Source: Macrostomum lignano (lineage: Eukaryota). Taken from it: a DNA stretch of 64,000 nucleotides. The DNA is taken from NCBI GenBank assembly GCA_002269645.1, contig NIVC01003276.1, forward strand, positions 1 through 64,000, read 5' to 3'. Position numbers and translations under genes: made by a program. Positions 36,145 to 50,000 of the stretch are shown here, piece by piece (positions within the stretch are counted from its first letter, which is position 1; every line of letters starts with the position of its first letter). The notes under the pieces were generated by a model. It saw only the letters and a program-made list of their open reading frames with translations. It made no database searches and was not told the origin of the DNA.

Positions 36145-38637
36145 CTAGTCCACGCTCGCAACCAGCAGCTGGCGTTGCGCTTTGCCCAGCGCCACCTGTC
36201 GCGCGTCGCGGCCAAAACGCAGCGTGCTCAGACTGCCACTAGCCGAGCTCGAGTCCGTGCGCACGGTGACTATGATGCAGCACTTGCCATGGTTCACTAG
36301 GAACGGCTTTAGCATCTGCGTTAGCCTGGCCTCCCTGTAGCAGGCGGCGCCCGGCGGTGTACGACGAAGCGTCAGGAAGAGACGGTTGAAGGCGGCCAGC
36401 GAGCGGTTGATGTGCCCGGCCTCGGCTGCGCGTTCTGGCTCGCGCCAGGTGTCCGCCTTGATGATGTTCTCCGCTCCGGCTAGGTCCATCATACCGAGAT
36501 AGGAACAGGTTGTGTGCCCGTGTACCCTGGAGCGGGCCTGCAGTCTGACCAGGTGCACCAGGTGCGATCTGGATGAGCGCGGATTTAGCGCCGTTTTAGC
36601 TACTCGGCGCCGTGCGGAACAGGCGCGCAATAGTTGAGTAACGTCGTTCTCCTCTCGAATTGGCGCCAAGCGTAGAGCGCTAAACGCCGACGCCAGGCTG
36701 CAGTCTTTGTACAGGCTGACCGGCTGCCTTTCAGACAGCAGGTCGAAACAGGCGTCGTTATAGATCTCTAGGCAGGCGGTGTCCAGCTCCATGCTCCAGT
36801 CGGCTGCTCGACTGGCTGTCTCGTGTAGGACGGCGAGCAGCGCTCGGTAGACCAGACCCTGCGGGCGTTAATAGCTCGTGTGATGAAGAGTTCATGATTT
36901 TCAGGGCGGTCATGTCCTCAAGAGGGAGGTCATCCTCTTAACCTAACCCTTACTATAAGAGGTTGCCAACTGAAAAGTAGCAAGAAAATATTGCTAAAAG
37001 CGAACAATCTTAATCGTGGATGCAAAAAGTTTTGCAAAAAGGAAGCTATAGCACGTGCGTCTAATATTGTTGACTCATATTCAATCAATGTTTCTACTTT
37101 CGTCTATGGTCAAAACACTGTCTGTCTATGCCACATGCGCAGACACAATCTGATGAAAGAACAAAAACATCGAATCATAGTCTAATGTCAGCTCTATCAT
37201 CAGCATCATTCACATGAGGATCAATCACAAAAAGCTATTTCACTTTTTCACTTCTTCGCTTTTACGTTCGTCAAAAAATGAACAACTTATTGTCCAAACT
37301 GGTTTTGAGCTCAAGTCTGGATTCAACTGCTCGACGTCTTAAATTCAATGCTCTCCGCATACACGGTTTTGGCACAAAGACTATCTTCAAAGCATAGGTT
37401 GAATATGGTTGGTTGTGTCTTAAACTGAATGCTCGAATTCAAGACTTTCGTTGAGCTAATCAAACTCACCCTCTGCTTTGAGCTGCCCAGCAGTGTGAAC
37501 GTCTTGCCGCTAGCCTCGCCTCCGTAGGTAATGAAACAGACGTTGTAACCGTCCAGAAATGACGTAATCAACGGTCGGAGCTCTTCGAAAAGAGTCTCCT
37601 GCGGTGCGTCTGGTCCAAACACCCGGTCGAAACGGAACACCTCCTCCTGTTGAGGCTGCTGTTGACCCTGCTGCTGGCTCTGCTGACTTAACTGCTGCGA
37701 CTGCAGCTGGCTGCGCACCCGGACTTGCTCCTGAGTGATCGGTTCCACAGCTTGATCGCCCTCGATTCTAGTGCAGCGACAGTAAACCCGGATGTTGCCG
37801 AGTTGCTCCTAACGTGTGATTCGTATTGCCTGTGGCTTTATACAGGAATATACGCTCGTACGAATAACTATTGAGTGCTACCATGCAGGGTCAAGAAGTG
37901 TCACGTGTTAAATTTTGGGACGTTGCAGATTACTATAGTTGTAATAGTCGTAAATCGAGAATAGTACAGACATAAGACATAGTAAACAACTCTTAGGACT
38001 CAAAACCATTCAGAAATCTATGCGCTCCTACACTGCTTAGCTTTCTAAGAAAGTTCACCTGCAAAGCGTTGAAAGCCAACCGACGTCGGGACTCTTCTTC
38101 GCGACACTTTTGACGCAACTCGTCTAAGCACTTTTGCATGCGACTGAGCGCAGCCGACTGATCCTGCTGCTGCTGTTGCGGCTGCTGCAGCTGCTGGAGC
38201 TGCCGCTTGGCCCTCTCCTGCTGTGCGCTGAGGTGGCAGCGAATCTTCCCCAGCCCTGCGGCCATCGCGGCTGACACGGAGGACAGGGAGGCGCGCACCA
38301 CCTGCACATCGGCGCGCAATCGACGTACGCCCCGCAGCAGCGGACAACCGCCGGCTTCCGCTTCAGCTGGGTCGCCCGACGCGGCCATGGCTGGCAGGCC
38401 CGGAGCCGCCGCTGTCGCTGCTCCTCCCATTCTTGGCGACGCAGCCCGTGTGGTGGTGTTGTTGGCGTTGCCTTCGGCTGTCACTGTGGTAGCAGTGCCC
38501 GAGGAGAAGTTCACTCTACCGGGAGCCGAACGTACAGACAGGACGTCGCGTACAACGGTCCGCAGTGGCAGCGTCTGGCGCAGGTATTCGATGCAGCGCT
38601 CAGTGTCGTAGCGGCTGGCGCGAAGCTCCGCCAGCAC
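36145..38637 (-). CDS. Divergent kinesin-14 (KIFC-like, C-terminal motor); exons 38637-38059, 37808-37470, 36858-36145; 5' end unresolved
   Basis: Coiled coil, then EQLGNIRVYCR, FRFDRVFGP, FLDGYNVCFITYGGEASGKT (P-loop), LEIYND, NPRSSRSH, DLAGAE, HINRSL. All phase-0 GT-AG junctions. Confidence 0.9.
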
Positions 38638-38951
38638 CTGAAAGTCGCGGCAGCATCTACTTCAATGAAAGTGGACTATGCAAGTCGCAAATGAAGATAA
38701 CCATATATCACTACATACGATGTTATGGCGGTTAGGCAATTTTCTGTCACCATGGATGGAGAGGTGTACTAGTACGAGAACCTTCTGAGTTTCTGGTTGC
38801 GACGCCATGAAGCAGTTAAATATCTTATCTAGTATCCTTTCTAACCAATCGGCAATGAAGTTACAACTAATCATTAATATGCTTGCTCAATTCACTCTCG
38901 GGTCATGATTGTTTCCCGAGAATCTCTGCCAGCTCGTCCGCTACTTAAGGG

Positions 38952-39569
38952 CTACCGCGAGCGAGCGACCATCCACCTTTTGGACTCTCCGGAGGGGACC
39001 GCGCTGTCGACACCGGCACCACCGGATCTCCCTGTGCGACACGTCAGCACCAGCTGCCCATGGTCGCCAGGGCTTGGCGGAATGGGTGGCGACGTCCCCA
39101 TCCGCTGTATCCGGACGGATGCTCGGAACTCCTGCAGCTAAGCTAAAAGTAAGTTGAGCCTTCATCAAACAGTTGGTTGTCTTATTTAGGATCCCCTCTA
39201 CAATAATTTTTATATACTAAAAGGTTCCGAAAGTACTAGACAAAGCTCTACAGTAGGCAATTAGGAACTTTTAGAAAAAGCAAGCAAGCATTTAAGCTGC
39301 ATCACCTCCAGCGGGTCGGATATGTGAGGGCAGGCGCACACAATAGCTTGGATTTGTTTCTGCAGCCGAGGCAGCAGTAGCTCAATGACGATGGGCACAC
39401 TGAGCCAAACCGCCGTGCCGAACTCCGATCTCGTCAGCATCTGATTGCACACAACACTGCGCCGTTTCCGGCAAGTACGAAGCCGGAAGTTCCGGTCGGG
39501 CAGGATGACGTTGCCATTGAGTTCGCCGAATTCTTTAATGCCCGATGGCTGTTGTTGTTGTTGTTGTTG

Positions 39570-39618
<49 letters not shown>

Positions 39619-42198
39619 ATCTTGTCGGAATTATTGTGCGACTCTCCGACAGTTTCGAACTGTTCAATCTGCTGTTGCTTAGCAGACTGGGGCAGCAGAC
39701 AGGCGCAGATGTACTGGTACTCTTGGTACAGTCTGTGATAGCTGTACAACATGCGGCTGTACTTGTCGTTTGACAGTCGGCATTTGGCCAGCTTGCCGTT
39801 GTCGCGCCTAGCAGACAGCTGCTGCCAGTCCTTGTCAGCTAGGAAGGCGCGCTGGGGGAACGGCGAGTACCTGACAAAGACGAGAGAGTTAATTTAAATT
39901 AAATTCATTTTTGGGCAACAGGATACAGGGGCCTACAGCAGCCCTGACTTCTCATTTTCCGGCAGTGTACATACGCTGTGTCACGTGAGTTGGCCCTATA
40001 AACGAAATCAGACCTACGGACTTTGACGCGAGAGTCGGATGCGTTGTCGATGGGCTACTCAGTTTGAGCTGCCCGAATGTTTGTGCATTTGTGAAGCATC
40101 TGAGGGTAGCAAGCAGCAGCTCACTGCAGCATCTGAGGGCAGCTAGCAGCTCACTGCAGCATCTGAGGGCAGCTAGCAGCAGCTCACTGCAGCATCTGAG
40201 GGCAGCTAGCAGCAGCTCACTGCAGCATCTGAGGGTAGTTAGCAGCAGCTCACTGCAGCATCTGAGGGTAGCTAGCAGCAAGCTCACTGCAGCATCTGAG
40301 GGTAGCTAGCAGCAGCTCACTGCAGCATCTGAGGGTAGTTAGCAGCAGCTCACTGCAGCATCTGAGGGTAGCTAGCAGCTCACTGCAGCATCTGAGGGCA
40401 GCTAGCAGCAGCTCACTGCAGCATCTGAGGGTAGCTAGCAGCAGCTCACTGCAGCATCTGAGGGTAGTTAGCAGCAGCTCACTGCAGCATCTGAGGGTAG
40501 TTAGCAGCAGCTCACTGCAGCATCTGAGGGTAGCTAGCAGCTCACTGCAGCATCTGAGGGCAGCTAGCAGCAGCTCACTGCAGCATCTGAGGGTAGTTAG
40601 CAGCAGCTCACTGCAGCATCTGAGGGTAGTTAGCAGCAGCTCACTGCAGCATCTGAAGGCAGCTAGCAGCTCACTGCAGCATCTGAGGGCAGCTAGCAGC
40701 AGCTCACTGCAGCATCTGAGGGCAGCTAGCAGCAGCTCACTGCAGCATCTGAGGGTAGCTAGCAGCAGCTCACTGCAGCATCTGAGGGTAGTTAGCAGCA
40801 GCTCACTGCAGCATCTGAGGGTAGCTAGCAGCTCACTGCAGCATCTGAGGGCAGCTAGCAGCAGCTCACTGCAGCATCTGAGGGTAGTTAGCAGCAGCTC
40901 ACTGCAGCATCTGAGGGTAGTTAGCAGCAGCTCACTGCAGCATCTGAGGGCAGCTAGCAGCTCACTGCAGCATCTGAGGGCAGCTAGCAGCAGCTCACTG
41001 CAGCATCTGAGGGCAGCTAGCAGCAGCTCACTGCAGCATCTGAGGGTAGTTAGCAGCAGCTCACTGCAGCATCTGAGGGCAGCTAGCAGCTCACTGCAGC
41101 ATCTGAGGGCAGCTAGCAGCAGCTCACTGCAGCATCTGAGGGCAGCTAGCAGCAGCTCACTGCAGCATCTGAGGGTAGTTAGCAGCAGCTCACTGCAGCA
41201 TCTGAGGGTATCTGAAGGTATCTGAGGGTATCTAAGGGTATCTGAGGGTATCTGAGGGTATCTGAAGGTTCTGAGGGTATCTGAGGGTATCTGAGGGTAT
41301 CTGAAGGTATCTGAGGGTATCTAAGGGTATCTAAGGGTATCTGAGGGTATCTGAGGGTATCTGAAGGTTCTGAGGGTATCTGAGGGTATCTGAAGGTATC
41401 TGAGGGTATCTAAGGGTATCTGAGTGTATCTGAGGGTATCTGAGGGTATCTGAAGGTTCTGAGGGTATCTGAGGGTATCTGAGGGTATCTGAGGGTATCT
41501 GAGGGTATCTGAGGGTATCTGAGGGTAATCTGAGTGTATCTGAGGGTATCTGAGGGTATCTGAGGGTATCTGAGGGTATCTGAGGGTATCTGAAGGTTCT
41601 GAGGGTATCTGAGGGTATCTGAGTGTATCTGAGGGTATCTGAGGGTATCTGAGGGTATCTGAGGGTATCTGAGGGTAATCTGAGTGTATCTGAGGGTATC
41701 TGAGGGTATCTGAGGGTATCTGAGGGTATCTGAGGGTATCTGAGGGTATCTGAGGGTATCTGAGGGTATCTGAGGGTAGAACCGGTCAAACACGAGGACC
41801 CATCCATCAGTCTACCTGCTCCCGCTGCACGCATCGCCGCTGACCACTAGCGAGGCTGCCGCGGTGTCAGCCGCCGGCCATGAAGAGTCCCCAGTCAATT
41901 CTCCAATGGCGCTTGGCGCCGTCAGCAGCGCCGATTTGGCGCTTCGCCAACGACGTCGTTTGACTCCGCTGCCGCCGCCGCCGCCGCCGCCGCTACCGCC
42001 ACCGCCGCCGCGATCACCGCGGTCGAGGTGTCGGTCGCCGCTGCGGCCTCGACGATTGCCGCCTGGCTGACCCCTGCCGCCGCCGGGCGCTGGTTTGCCA
42101 GTGTCGCTGCTGCTGCTGCTGCTTGTGCCGCCAGCTGCTCCGACAGCCGACATCGGATAGCCTTGGCTCTTCTGCTCCATCCGGCATGTGCTCAGCAT
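38952..42198 (-). CDS. Unassigned 375-aa spliced ORF with a polyQ tract; exons 42198-41816, 39870-39306, 39131-38952; possibly the kinesin N-terminus
   Basis: In-frame GT-AG junctions (phase 2 then phase 0); GC-rich coding-like sequence; no domain recognised. Confidence 0.6.
40092..41777. repeat. Compound intronic satellite: 33/30-bp array switching to a 10-bp array near 41200
   Basis: gcagcatctgagggtagctagcagcagctcact, then (atctgagggt)n. Confidence 0.95.
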
Positions 42199-42625
42199 TG
42201 CTCAGTAAAGTATGAAATTCACTAACTTAATATCCCTAAGCGAATAAATTATTATTGAAATAAGTTAAAAATAATGTCCTTATTGAATCCGAAGGTGTGG
42301 GTCTAACTTACAATGCGTTGGAATCCTCACGTATTGGGATTCTGGTAATTTTAATAAGGCAGCTAAATCGCCAATAAGAGTCTGTCTAAATTAGTTCTGA
42401 TTTATGTGCTTCATCTGAGATGCAAGCGGCGCCAAAAACTCTGCACTACAGCCGAAGCATGTCTATGTCCTTCTCCTATGTCCTTGGCTTGTCCAGGCAG
42501 ACTTTAAAGAACCATGACCTGGCAGGCTGGCGCGACACTTGGACTGACAAGCAATTGAAAAGTCTTGCATGTTGCTATTTTTAGATGGAAATATGCAGCA
42601 ACCCCGATGGCTGGGAAGAAAGAGT

Positions 42626-43070
42626 GCTAGAGTATCTCTCAAACTGTGCTAGAGTATCTCTCAAACTGTGCTAGAGTATCTCTCAAACTGCGCTAGAGTA
42701 TCTCTCAAACTGTGCTAGAGTATCTCTCAAACTGTGCTAGAGATCTCTCAAACTGTGCTAGAGTATCTCTCTAACTGCGCTAGAGTATCTCTCAAACTGT
42801 GCTAGAGTATCTCTCAAACTGTGCTAGAGTATCTCTCAAACTGCGCTAGGGTATCTCTCAAACGGTGCTAGAGTATCTCTCAAACTGTGCTAGAGTATCT
42901 CTCAAACTGTGCTGGAGTATCTCTCAAACTGTGCTAGAGTATCTCTCAAACTGTGCTAGAGTATCTCTCAAACTGCGCTAGGGTATCTCTCAAACTGTGC
43001 TAGAGTATCTCTCAAACTGTGCTGGAGAATCTCTCAAACTGTGCTAGAGTATCTCTCAAACTGTGCTGGA
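42626..43070. repeat. 22-bp tandem repeat
   Basis: Unit gtgctagagtatctctcaaact. Confidence 0.93.
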
Positions 43071-44098
43071 GAAGTAACGATAGATCTGTGCTAGAGAATT
43101 TCGTTTAAATAGAAAAATCTGTCAAAAAGCACAGCTAAACGTTACGAATTATTAATATTCTATTATTTGTTTTAATTAAACGATGATTGCAACGGACAGA
43201 AGCACGGATTCAAACGACGTTAATATATTTTGTACAGTCGAAGGTTGCACTTTTAGCTTATGCACTTTTAGCTTATGCACTATTAGCGGTGGAAAATGGA
43301 CTGATTAGTAAATGAATTAATTAACGGCGTACTTAATGACAGCATCAGTTTCTGTGTACAGGTAATAAAGCTTGATTAATCAAAAAAACTATATCGATAA
43401 CCTACTCAGAAATATCAATATATGCAAAGCAATATAGCATTTGTTTTAATATAACTTGGTTTAACAAGATCAGCGGCGCAATGGAGTATTTACGGTATCT
43501 AAAAGTGATAAGCAAAAACAATGACGGCTGAGAACCCAAAACAAAAATGCATGGCGGCTGACAAAACACAAAAATAGGAGCGGAAACTGGGTACGGCATT
43601 CAAGTTTCTGCAAGCTAAACTATACTACTCAAGCTTCAGTAGTATTGGTACCGTAGGCCTTCAAAAGGCGGATTTATCGGTAGTGTAAAAATGAAACAAT
43701 GGATGCTGAAGAATATTAATAGGTAATTTTGTTGTGTCCGCGAATATTCAATTGATCAGGCAGAATGTTTGAGTAAGCTGTTATGCACCTACAGAGTATA
43801 AATACAGTTTAGACTAAGTTGTACATTGTACATGCTACCGATTGTGCTGCACTAACAACTATGGCTAATTTTTTCAGCTAAAAGCTTACTAAAGTATCAG
43901 ATAAATAAACTAGCTATGTTACTATTGTCTAGCAGTTTTGACCATAGACATTTTATATAGATAAACACTGATTGGAATTAATATATAATATATTGGAAAA
44001 TAATCTGAAATCAAAGTTTTGATTCACTGTTATCAAAACTCTCTTCCTTATCGCAAAAACATCGCCGGTTTCTTGTTGTTTAAACGATAGGTTTCTGC

Positions 44099-47000
44099 TC
44101 AGGTAGCATAGTGATCAAATGAGGACAGGTACTCCAAGGCTGCTCCATAGCAGAATTGGTATTGCTCATCAGTTTGCACCATTGCTGAGCGCTGTGTTCG
44201 CAGTGTCCTCACAGTCTGGTACATGTCTACCACGCCTTCGTAGCGCATTCGTTCCAGGACCACGGAGAGGGCCAGAAAGACACCTGTGCGGCCCACGCCA
44301 GCGCTGCGGGTGGAGGGTCAAATCTTCAACGACTGAGGGACCGAATTTTTGATGACCGGGGGACGAATCTTTGATGACTGAGGGACGAATCTTTGATGAC
44401 TGAGGGACGAATCTTTGATGACTGAGGGACGAATCTTTGATGACTGAGGGACGAATCTTAGAGAATCTTAGGGACGAATCTTAGGGACGAATCTTAGGGA
44501 CGAATCTTAGATCTTCAATGACTGAGGGACAAACATCAAATGACTGAATCTACCATGACTGAGGGACAAACCTCAAATGACTGAATCTACCATGACTGAG
44601 GGACAAACCTCAAATGACTGAATCTACCATGACTGAGGGACAAACATCAAATGACTGAATCTTCAATGACTGAGGGACAAACCTCAAATGACTGAATCTA
44701 CCATGACTGAGGGACAAACCTCAAATGACTTAATCTTCAGTGACTGAGGGACAAACATCAAATGACTGAATCTTCAATGACTGAGGGACAAACATCAAAT
44801 GACTGAATCTACCATGACTGAGGGACAAACCTCAAATGACTGAATCTACCATGACTGAGGGACAAACCTCAAATGACTGAATCTACCATGACTGAGGGAC
44901 AAACCTCAAATGACTGAATCTTCAATGACTGAGGGACAAACCTCAAATGACTGAATCTACCATGACTGAGGGACAAACCTCAAATGACTGAATCTTCAAT
45001 GACTGAGGGACAAACCTCAAATGACTGAATCTACCATGACTGAGGGACAAACATCAAATGACTGAATCTACCATGACTGAGGGACAAACCTCAAATGACT
45101 GAATCTTCAATGATTTTTGGTGCCTGGGGGATGAATCTGCAATGGCTGATGACTGAGTAATGAATTTTGCTAACAATGCTGAGCAGAGAACGCAAAGCTC
45201 ACCTGCAGTGCACTGTGATCGGCCCATCCTGCCCAAACTGCTCCTTGGTCTTGTGCACCTGGCCGATGAATTCGATGAAGCCTTCCCCGGACTTTGGCAC
45301 ACCCTGCTCTGGCCAGTCGGTGCAGTGGAACTGGCGCACCGTTCTGGACTGGCCGTCCCTGGCGTCGGTGACCTTGAACTCTCGAAGAATATAGTTGGGC
45401 ATGTTGTACTCGGCCATGGGGTCAACCACAAAGTATTGGTAGCGGGCCGACCGCTCGCCAGGCCAATACTGGTGACACTTATCCCGACCTTGCTCACGCA
45501 GCTTGGTGAGGTTCACCACAATGGTGGAGTTGTGCTCCCACAGCATGCGCCAGAAGTCCTCGGCGGTGTCCGGCAGCGGTCCCTGGGTGGCGATGTAGCA
45601 GGACCGCTGTCTGTAGCCGTCGATCCAGGAGGCATTGATGTAGTCAGAGCCTTCGACGCCGCGTATCGGCTGCAGACAGACTCGATTGGATTCGAATGGC
45701 AGAATGTTGACCAGGCGATTCTTCAGCTTGTTGGCTGGCAGGCTGGCGCTGGTGAACTTGTGCGCCGGGGTCGGCTTGACCGTGTGCGCCAGGCTGCGGA
45801 ACTCCAGCTCCATGCCGGTGGCGCCTCCGGCTGCGGGCTCCGGGATGCTCAGCCGCTGCACCTGGGAGGCGAGGGCTCGGGCCGGCACCTGTTGGGAGAG
45901 GTTAAGGAGCTGCTGCATTTTGATGCGGTCCAGTTGGTGTGTTTTGATGCGGTACAGTTTGTGCATTTTGATGCGGTCCAGTTGGTGTGTTTTGATGCGG
46001 TCCAGTTTGTGCATTTTGATGCGGTCCAGTTGGTGCATTTAATGCGGTCCAGTTTGCTTTTTTTCAATGCGGTCCAGTTTGTGTTTTTTGATGCGGTCCA
46101 GTTTGTGTTTTTTTATCGGGTCCAGTTTGTGCATTTTGATGCGGTCCAGTTGGTGTGTTTTGATGCGGTCCAGTTTGTGCATTTTGATGCGGTCCAGTTG
46201 GTGCATTTAATGCGGTCCAGTTTGCTTTTTTTCAATGCGGTCTAGTTTGTGTGCTTTGATGCGGTCCAGTTTGTGTGCTTTGATGCGGTCCAGTTTGAAT
46301 GTTTTGATTGGGTCCAGTTTGTGTGTTTTTATGCGGTCCAGTTTGAATGTTTTGATCGGGTCCAGTTTGTGTGTTTTTATGCGGTCCAGTTTGAATGTTT
46401 TGATTGGGTCCAGTTTGTGTGTTTTTATGCGGTCCAGTTTGAATGTTTTGATCGGGTCCAGTTTGTGTGCTTTGATGCGGTCCAGTTAGTATTTTCGAGT
46501 TGGAATGTTGGTTACAAGTTTTTAGGACGTTGTGTTTTATACAGTTTTTCATGACTACTGATACATGAAAACATAAGTAGCATAGTTTAATCTAATTTCT
46601 CACCTCGGTATTGCCGCAAATGACCGCCTCTAACAGACAGTCGTGAATGAAGATGTACTGGTCCTCAGTCTGCACCATGTAGTTCCGCTGCGCCCGAAGG
46701 CAGGTCACGTGACCGTACACGTCCAGCGTCTTCTCCTGCTTCATCCGTTCGAGCATCGCATCAATGACGATGAAGGCCCCAGTGCGGCCGACGCCGGCGC
46801 TGCAGTGAACCACAATGGGCCCGGCGTCGGGCGGGTTGGAGGCGCGCACCCGGCGGGCGAACATGAGCAGCGGAGCGCAGTGCTCGGGCACGCCGTGGTC
46901 CGGCCAGGCCGTGAACTGGAAGTGGTGGATCTCGCGCTTCTCGGTGGCGCCCTGCGGCGGGTTTGAGGTGAGGAACTTGATGAGGCCGGGGGATTAAGGA

Positions 47001-50000
47001 TGCTGAGTAATGTGGCTTGGGATTCTGCAGTTTAAGGATGAAGATTCTGTAGTTTAAGGATGAGGATTCTGTAGTTTGAGGATGAGGATTCTGTAGTTTG
47101 AGGATGAGGATTCTGTAGTTTGAGGATGAGGATTCTGTAGTTTGAGGATGACAGTTCTGTAGTTTAAGGATGAGGATTCTGTAGTTTAAGAATGAGGATT
47201 CTGTAGTTTAAGGATGAGGATTCTGAGGATTCTGCAATTACAGTGCACACCTGCCTCATCATCCATCCAGCTCAGGCGCTAGTTGAGACTAGACTGTCAT
47301 TAGCTAGTAAATTGCCTACAGTTTTGGGAGCTTTGTGCCCCTTAGAAGACTCTGGCTACTTGAGAACTCGCGAGCCTCTTTGTCTTATCCGGCCGACTCG
47401 GCTTAGGTTTCAAGTCTCCAACCCCCCCCCCTGGCCTCCCCTCTCTTGTCCAGGCACAGAGGGACAACGGGCGAGTGCCTCGACTTGAAGAGGAGTCCCT
47501 CTCCGAGAAGTCTCCTGCTCTCTCTCCTAGGAGGGATCCGCGCTCTCGAAGATGAGACGCTGGACTTGGCGAAAGATCGAGAGGAAGCTAAAGGTTTTTT
47601 TGGGATCTTTCGTAGGGAGGAAAAATCCCCTAATTTCGGATCTGCTCCTGCCCTCACCCTTCTCCCAGCCTCCAGAAGCCAGGCTGTGTAGCCAAACAGA
47701 CCGGCTACATCCGGGATGGATCGGCAGCTGCTTTTCCAGCTCAAATTACCGGGGCGGGCAAGTCTGCTTTTGCTGAGAAATGAATTTTTCTTGGGGGGGG
47801 ATTTCCTGCTTTCGGGCATCGCGGCTGCTGAGAAGAATTAAATTGACACTGAAATCGCAGCGCTTCTTTCCCTCTGCCATCGATTTGCTGCTGGGAAATC
47901 AATGCTGCATTGTGTGCGGTGCTGAAATTCTAGCGGATTGAGGCTAACTGATTGCAGGGCTCTGGCAAAGGCCGCAAGGGACCGTCTAACAGGTATTTAG
48001 GGACTGTCTAACAGGTATCACGGAACTGTCTAACAGGTATCATGATACTCAAGCAGCTCACCGCTCTATGCAGAGCAAAGGTGCGAATAGTGTAATAAGC
48101 CAGCTCCAGGGTGTCCAACAAGCTGACTGTCATGTAGTCGAACACCTCAGAGCCCTTGTTAGGCCAGTACATGTCGCACTTGACCCGCGACCGCTCCTCC
48201 AGCCGGGTCATCATCACCACAGTGCTGGTCTTCTGCTCCCAGATCATTCGCCAGAAATCTCCGATAGTGTCTGGCAGGGGGCCCTGGGTTGCTATGTAGG
48301 CATTCTGCCGCCTGTAGCCGTCCATGTAGTTGGCGTTGATGTAGTCACTGCCCGGCAGGCCGTCCAGCGGCTGCAGCACCACCCGGGAGTGATCGTAGGC
48401 GATCACGTTGGCGTAGCGGTTCTTCGGCTTATTGACGTCTAGATTGGAGTTCTCCCAGGTGAACTGCTGTCCTGGGTCGATGGACTCGTATTCAGCTGAG
48501 AACTTCAGGTTGTCGCTGGCCTTCAGGCTGGCCACGTGGTCGATCAGCTGGGCGACTGGCACCGGAGGGTGACTTGTGAGAGCTGGATCGAAGTTTGTGG
48601 GTGTTGAAATAAAAGTTCAACATCCGAGGTGAGTCAGCAATCAATGAAAAGTTCATCATCCGAGATGAGTAACCAATCAATGAAAAGTTAATCATCCGAA
48701 ATGAGTCACCAATCAATGAAAAGTTAATCATCCGAAATGAGTCACCAATCAATGAAAAGTTCACCATCCGAGGTCGTGAGTCACCAATCAATGAAAAGTT
48801 CATCATCCGAGGTCGTGAGTCACCAATCAATGAAAAGTTCACCATCCGAGGTCGTGAGTCACCAATCAATGAAAAGTTCATCATCCGAAATGAGTCACCA
48901 ATCAATGAAAAGTTCATCATCCGAGGTCGTGAGTCACCAATCAATGAAAAGTTCATCATCCGAAATGAGTCACCAATCAATGAAAAGTTCATCATCCGAA
49001 ATGAGTCACCAATCAATGAAAAGTTCATCATCCGAAATGAGTCACCAATCAATGAAAAGTTCATCATCCGAAATGAGTCACCAATCAATGAAAAGTTCTT
49101 CATCCGAAATGAGTCACCAATCAATGAAAAGTTCATCATCCGAAATGAGTCACCAATCAATGAAAAGTTCATCATCCGAAATGAGTCACCAATCAATGAA
49201 AAGTTCATCATCCGAAATGAGTCACCAATCAATGAAAAGTTCATCATCCGAGGTCGTGAGTCACCAATCAATGAAAAGTTCATCATCCGAGGTCGTGAGT
49301 CACCAATCAATGAAAAGTTCATCATCCGAGGTCGTGAGTCACCAATCAATGAAAAGTTCATCATCCGAAATGAGTCACCAATCAATGAAAAGTTCATCAT
49401 CCGAAATGAGTCACCAATCAATGAAAAGTTCATCATCCGAAATGAGTCACCAACCAATGAAAAGTTCATCATCCGAAATGAGTCACCAATTAATGAAAAG
49501 TTCATCATCCGAGGTCGTGAGTCACCAATCAATGAAACGTTCATCATCCGAGGTCGTGAGTCACCAATCAATGAAACGTTCATCATCCGAGGTCGTGAGT
49601 CACCAATCAATGAAACGTTCATCATTCGAGGTCATTCGAGAGTCACTAATAAAAAATTAAGTCACACGGCATGCTGACCGCTCGTGAAAACAGCTTATTT
49701 TTCTTAGAAAGCAGTCTAGAATCTGCAGCCGAAATGCTTGATGCTGCACTATTAAACTTACATGCAGTCTTCGTGCATTTTGGTCATACCAAACTATAAG
49801 TATATAGTTTAGAGTCATTCCACTTTCGCAACTCTTAAAGGCGCGCATCTTTACTGCAACCACGGAGCTTAGCTAATATTCCAAGAAACGCCAAGATTTT
49901 GCTTGCAACAGGTAAATTAAAACAAATCGGTTTTGGCACTAACCAGGATTTTCAGTTTCCGAGGCTGAAAATTTGGTAGCTTTATTTTATCATTGCGTAT

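Noticed and set aside
45160-46245. 361-aa plus-strand ORF
   Set aside because: Antisense shadow of the PTP D2 exon plus minisatellite.
47243-47950. Overlapping ORFs in non-repetitive intron sequence
   Set aside because: No motif recognised; the flanking LAR exons already join in frame without an extra exon.
48492-49660. 377-aa and 307-aa repeat ORFs
   Set aside because: Unit lengths of 36/39 bp keep frames open inside a LAR intron; no coding evidence.
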